A model generated the notes under the pieces. The model made no database searches, was not told the origin of the DNA, and worked only from the letters and a program-made list of their open reading frames with translations. This document shows positions 9,320-12,910 of a stretch of 12,910 nucleotides of DNA, piece after piece (positions within the stretch are counted from its first letter, which is position 1; each line of letters opens with the position of its first letter). The stretch comes from Azolla caroliniana (lineage: Eukaryota > Plantae > Polypodiophyta), in the NCBI GenBank assembly GCA_043228905.1, contig JBHGNT010001016.1, positions 1 through 12,910 on the forward strand, given 5' to 3'. Both the position numbers and the translations under genes were made by a program.

Positions 9320-9758
9320 TGTTGAGATATCAAGCTCAACTAGTTTAATCCAGTTAGTCAACACATGTAACTTAGTAGTTACCTAGATCGAATCTAGTTA
9401 ATGTGTTGACCTTAAGCCTTTAAATAGGACCTTGTACTTAAGTTTGATATTCTAGATCCTCCACTCCTTAGTACATTTAATGTAGGACTTACAAATAAGT
9501 ACCTATGTTCTACCCACACATGTGCACCTTTGCACATGGGTTGTATATATACCTCATTGTGGGTATTTTTGTATGTTGATGACACTTTTCAATATAGTCA
9601 ATCATCCCCCATTTATCTTTGTGTTTAAGTGTAACTTCCTCTCTCTCTCTCTTCATCTCACACACTCTCACGCGCATATCATACTAATCTTCCGCTGCTT
9701 AACGTAACCATATAATTAGTCTCTAATTAACCCTAGTTAATTACCTAATTACTTAACA
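9320..9758 (+). repeat. 3' LTR of copia E
   Basis: Direct repeat of 5678-6116, followed by TSD GTTAC. Confidence 0.97.
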
Positions 9759-9763
9759 GTTAC

Positions 9764-9887
9764 AAAGTCACTTTATATAGTGACTATCTTAGGGCAACTA
9801 TTCTTTATGCTATTTACAGAAATAGCCCAAACTTGGGCTGTCCAAAAGGACAGTGTGAATACGGCCATTATACACTCGTATTCGACA
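9764..9887 (-). repeat. 3' LTR of copia D, proximal part
   Basis: Minus strand reads GGGGGAG then TGTCGAATAC; it continues into 5677 once E is removed. Confidence 0.82.
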
Positions 9888-9894
9888 CTCCCCC
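9888..9894 (-). promoter_or_regulatory. Polypurine tract of copia D
   Basis: Plus-strand CTCCCCC (minus GGGGGAG) adjacent to the LTR terminus. Confidence 0.8.
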
Positions 9895-10082
9895 GTAATG
9901 GGCATATACATGGGTTATACTAAAGTTACAGGTATATATAAGGTGGTCGGATAGATCGGTTTTGTTCGAGTCGGCAGGATCTGAAGACTGAAGCTCGAAC
10001 CGGCCGGGTCGGAAGAGCTAAAGACGATCCTCAGAGAACTGATGTCTGTTGTTCGAAACCATCTTGTGCTGTGTGTCCGACT

Positions 10083-10463
10083 TTAACCAGACCGATTTTT
10101 CATTACGCCCATCTTGTGCCGAAGGGACTGGAAACGATCCGCTGAAAGACACTTGGTCATTCAATCTGCGACATTATCGGTTGTGGATATTTTCTCAAGA
10201 CCGATTTTCCCTGAAATGACGCAGTCCCGAACGAAGTGATATCGAACGTCGATATGCTTGGAAGGGTTGTGGTGAACCAGATTCTTTGACAAAGCAACAA
10301 CACCTTGATTGTCGTTGTAGACAACTGGAGCCGAGTCGGAGTCGACTTGTCGAAACGTGTGCGCCAACCAACCGAGCCATAAGGCTTCTTTTGTTGCGTC
10401 GGATGCGACTATGTATTCTGCTTCGGTCGTTGAGGTGGCTGTGCACTGCTGGAGTTTCGACTT
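10083..10463 (-). pseudogene. pol: Copia RNase H C-terminal part (element D)
   Basis: KSKLQQCTATSTTEAEYIVASDATKEALWL…YNDNQGVVALSKN…SKHIDVRYHFVRD…NVAD*MTKCLSADRFQSLRHKMG, with one internal stop at 10161-10163. Confidence 0.94.
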
Positions 10464-10535
10464 TGTAAAAGATTATGTGCGGAAGCGTCAGACAAACCGG
10501 CTTTGCCGGATAGCAACAGAGAGAGAGAGAGAGAG
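10464..10535 (-). mobile_element. Element F: short LTR terminal fragment
   Basis: TGTAAAAG starts exactly where copia D RNase H is cut (W of the expected SWKSKLQ is missing). The minus-strand layout (CT)n…CTTCCGC…TTTTACA parallels the 3' ends of LTRs C, D and E. The right boundary is approximate. Confidence 0.62.
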
Positions 10536-11232
10536 AAAGAAAGATATATTAACGTCTTCTAAGGCCAAATTTGGCCCATGAGACAATTGGTTTACAACAA
10601 AAATGAGTGTTTATCCAATCATCAAAACTAAAATAAAAGAAAATAGCTTAAGCTAAGAAAGTTCTAGTAGTGTACAAAACTTTGCACTAAGCCTAATCTC
10701 ATTTCCACCCAAGTCTCTCAAAAAGAAGTGGGAGGTCAAACGTTTTTGGTGTGGGTGTGACCCATGGTCCCGATGTATAGAGTGCCCTAGCCATGGCTTC
10801 TAGGCGGTGTAGTTCACGTTCCCTTATTTTCTTTATTGCTTCTACATCTCGTCGAGTTGCTTTGAAACCCGACATCCAAGGGCGTTTGGTTCTTCTTTGA
10901 TTTTCTGCTTCATCAAGGAAAAGCCCGAATGGTGCAGGTGTGTTGACATTCATTGTCTCCCCCTGTTCCTGAAAAACTTCATTTGTTACATGTTGGTAAA
11001 CATTAGCAACATTATTATCAACGTTTTGTAACTTATTCTCTCTGTGTTGTTTCAATTCTAAGATGTATCTACCTAATTTCTTTATATCTAGTGTATCTAA
11101 TAGTTTAGGGAGGGTGGGAGAGGAACCACGTATGTCTTGGTATTTTGCCCTTATCTCGGCATAGGTGGGGCATTTGCATGTAAAATGGTACTCATCCTCT
11201 ATCTCTATGTGGCATAACCTACATATCCTTTC
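10536..11232 (-). mobile_element. Element G: 3' end of a non-LTR retrotransposon (LINE)
   Basis: ORF2-type C-terminal CCHC finger, stop codon, T-rich 3' UTR, terminal hairpin and simple-repeat tail. The left boundary is approximate. Confidence 0.75.
10699..11232 (-). pseudogene. LINE ORF2 C-terminus (177 aa, no start codon; interrupted by element H)
   Basis: The open frame extends upstream of track ORF 10699-11055 and reads ERICRLCHIEIEDEYHFTCKCPTYAEIRAKY…LGRYILELKQHRE. This is the CxxC…EDExH…CPxYxxxR motif typical of LINE ORF2 ends. Confidence 0.8.
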
Positions 11233-11745
11233 TGTTACCCCATACGAGATGTACGGAGAGTCAATGTGATGAGCGAGGGTCAGATGTTATCATGATGATT
11301 GTTGTGTGTGTAGGGGGCATAAATGTAATTGTGAGTCAATACATATGTGAACACATGCACACGTGTGTGCATGTGGATGGATACGAGGAGGTGTGAGTGA
11401 GTGTCCAGTATGAATGCTCTAGGGGCCTTACACCCCTTTGTATCTACCCCCTCTTGTACTATTTAACCCCTTATGGGGAATGAATGAATAAATAACCATT
11501 TCTCTCTTAATCTCTCTCTCTCTCTTGTCATCTCTCTCTCTCCCTCTCTCTCTCCCCTTTAACATTGAACCCCTTGGGAGGGGGGTGGAGCTATTCTAGG
11601 CACCATCCCCCACCCCGCAATGCTTCTCTATATGATCTCTCTCACCATCATACTCTCCATCACCATGTCTATCTTCATTACCAATCATCATAGTTATCAT
11701 TCATCATCATCGTCGTCCTTAACCCTAACCCTAAAACCTACAACA
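11233..11745 (+). repeat. 5' LTR of element H (~513 bp)
   Basis: TGTT at the point where LINE homology ends; TATA-like TATTTAA at 11460-11466; (CT)n tract; ends TACAACA before the PBS. Confidence 0.7.
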
Positions 11746-11750
11746 CCTTT

Positions 11751-11760
11751 TGGCGACCAC
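11751..11760 (+). promoter_or_regulatory. Putative primer-binding site, tRNA-Arg-like
   Basis: TGGCGACCAC matches 10 nt of a plant tRNA-Arg 3' end (…GTGGTCGCCA, recalled from memory). The match decays after that. Confidence 0.55.
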
Positions 11761-12739
11761 TAAGGCAACCCCCCTTTGGAGACGAAGTCGAAGAATGATA
11801 TGCGGATGTGCAAGCCACCTAAGTGCAAGAAATGGCGAAACGTGAAAATGACAGTGAAGATGTTGGAGGAAGTCTATGGAGGAATGCAGAAATGGAAACA
11901 ACATTTTGTGCGAGTCAATGTGTCAATGTGTGTGGTTCCGAAAGCGGTTAGCGACAATGTGTGTGTTTCGAATGCGTGTTGCAAGATGCACGGCTGGACA
12001 AACAACGACACAGAGGGAACCGGCGCCAGCACGACCGGAAAGAGAAGCCCACCCGGAGACTGCAGTGGAAGACGCAGTGTGTGGAGCGGAGGCCGGCAAA
12101 ATGTGCTAAAATGCACGAGAGATGGTTCCAAACGAAGCAACACAGAGAGAGTCGGAACCGGAATCAGAACCAGACCCAAAGTTGGTTAACATAGAAGGGC
12201 CAATGTAGACAGAGAAGGAGACGCTGTCGTTGACGAGACATTGACGGCCAGAAAAACTGACAACGCCCAAAAGACATGGACGACTGACTACACAATATCA
12301 AAACAAAACGAGGCAACTGAACAAGCTAGACTGCACAAGCACAAATAGAGACGAATGGACGGGCGAAAAGGAAGCATACAGACTCAAGCGACACAACCGA
12401 AAACGGGTAGGAAAGAACCGGACAGATGACCGAGAAGACGGACCAGACGCACAGCCAAAAGACAACAGACAGGCATCAGGATGAGCGGCCGGAATGCACA
12501 AAAGTGGCCAATGTGGCCGCACAGCGGCAAAAGAGAAGCCGGTGTGGCCGGATAGGAGCGGAAGAACGGTCGATAACAACCAGAATGGCGACAGACGAGA
12601 GGCTGGAGAAGCGCTGATCGGAGAGCGACCGAAGAGTGATCATAGTGGCTGAACGGCGCCGGAATGGAGGCGGCCAGACCGGACGATGCTAGACAACGAC
12701 AAAGATGGAGACGGTTGGACAACAGTTCAAGCAGTCAGA

Positions 12740-12895
12740 TAGGCCGGAGAGTGACCGGACCAGAGCAACCGGAGCGGTCGAAGTGGCCGGAGAGTGGTCG
12801 GAATGGCCGGACAACTGCTGAAGAGCAGCCGGACAACAGTCAGAGCGGTTGGAGTGGCCGGATAGTAGCCGAACAACAGCCAGAGCAGCTGGACA
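12740..12895. repeat. Degenerate short-period CCGGA-based tandem repeat in the leader of H
   Basis: Recurrent variants of AGTGGCCGGA and GCCGGACAACAG at roughly 10-20 bp spacing. Confidence 0.65.
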
Positions 12896-12910
12896 AAGGA
12901 AAACAACAGT

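Larger units (their letters stand above)
6293..9325 (+). pseudogene. Copia gag-protease-integrase polyprotein, two nonsense codons, RT/RNase H absent
   Basis: ORFs 6293-8050 and 8201-9325 share one frame, with TGA at 8048-8050 and 8132-8134. Motifs: Gag (KLDRSNYSSW, AWENLKKIF), CNYCGKIGHREEEC, protease WFVDSGASHHMT, LWHKRIDH…CEACQLSK, DDE core (HSDVWGP, SDRGKEY, PQQNGVAERKNR) and RDVVFDE. Confidence 0.93.
5678..9758 (+). mobile_element. Element E: Ty1/copia element with both LTRs but no RT/RNase H (4081 bp)
   Basis: Two 439-bp LTRs (TGTTGAG…TTAACA), TSD GTTAC at 5673-5677 and 9759-9763, PBS, PPT and gag-PR-INT order. Confidence 0.97.
5508..10463 (-). mobile_element. Element D: Ty1/copia 3' end (RNase H, 3' UTR, PPT, 3' LTR), hosting element E
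   Basis: The gypsy RT stops at GAYGRK, followed by TGTTGGGG at 5508. The LTR is 5508-5677 plus 9764-9887 (294 bp rejoined, minus-strand TGTCGAA…CCCCAACA), with a PPT and copia RNase H upstream on the minus strand. Confidence 0.88.
11233..12910 (+). mobile_element. Element H: 5' end of an LTR retrotransposon (LTR, PBS, long leader), probably non-chromovirus gypsy
   Basis: LTR-like segment followed by a 5-nt spacer and a TGG-starting PBS. No recognisable gag in the remaining ~1.15 kb. The superfamily call is inference. Confidence 0.68.

Noticed and set aside
6350-9364. Many overlapping antisense ORFs across copia E
   Set aside because: They are shadows of a GC-rich coding strand and the repeat array, with no independent motifs.
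5880-9707. Duplicated 61-aa ORF (5880-6065 and 9522-9707)
   Set aside because: It is simply the two LTR copies, with a GTG start and low-complexity sequence.
11776-12189. 137-aa ORF after the PBS of H as a possible gag
   Set aside because: TTG start, no Gag or zinc-knuckle motif, and a T-poor strand that yields long ORFs by chance.

Overview
This is repeat-derived eukaryotic DNA with no host gene. A land plant is inferred from the plant-type tRNA primer sites; a fern or other seed-free lineage is only a guess. The window is a nest of eight retroelement pieces, six layers deep. (A) Minus-strand Ty1/copia RT-RNase H fragment, 1-191. (B) Plus-strand Ty3/gypsy element inserted into A, 192-5507, with 5' LTR, tRNA-Trp PBS, gag-protease and a -1-frame pol. 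(C) Solo LTR inside B, 3837-4213. (D) 3' end of a minus-strand copia inserted in B's RT, 5508-10463. (E) Young copia with both LTRs but no RT/RNase H, inserted in D's LTR, 5678-9758. (F) LTR end inserted in D's RNase H, from 10464. (G) 3' end of a LINE inserted in F, ~10536-11232. (H) 5' end of another LTR element inserted in G, 11233 to the window end. The most notable signal is in B. Its gag-protease stop sits in a candidate -1 ribosomal frameshift cassette (slippery-like heptamer, 5-nt spacer, H-type pseudoknot), and removing solo LTR C joins the -1 frame in register with RT.
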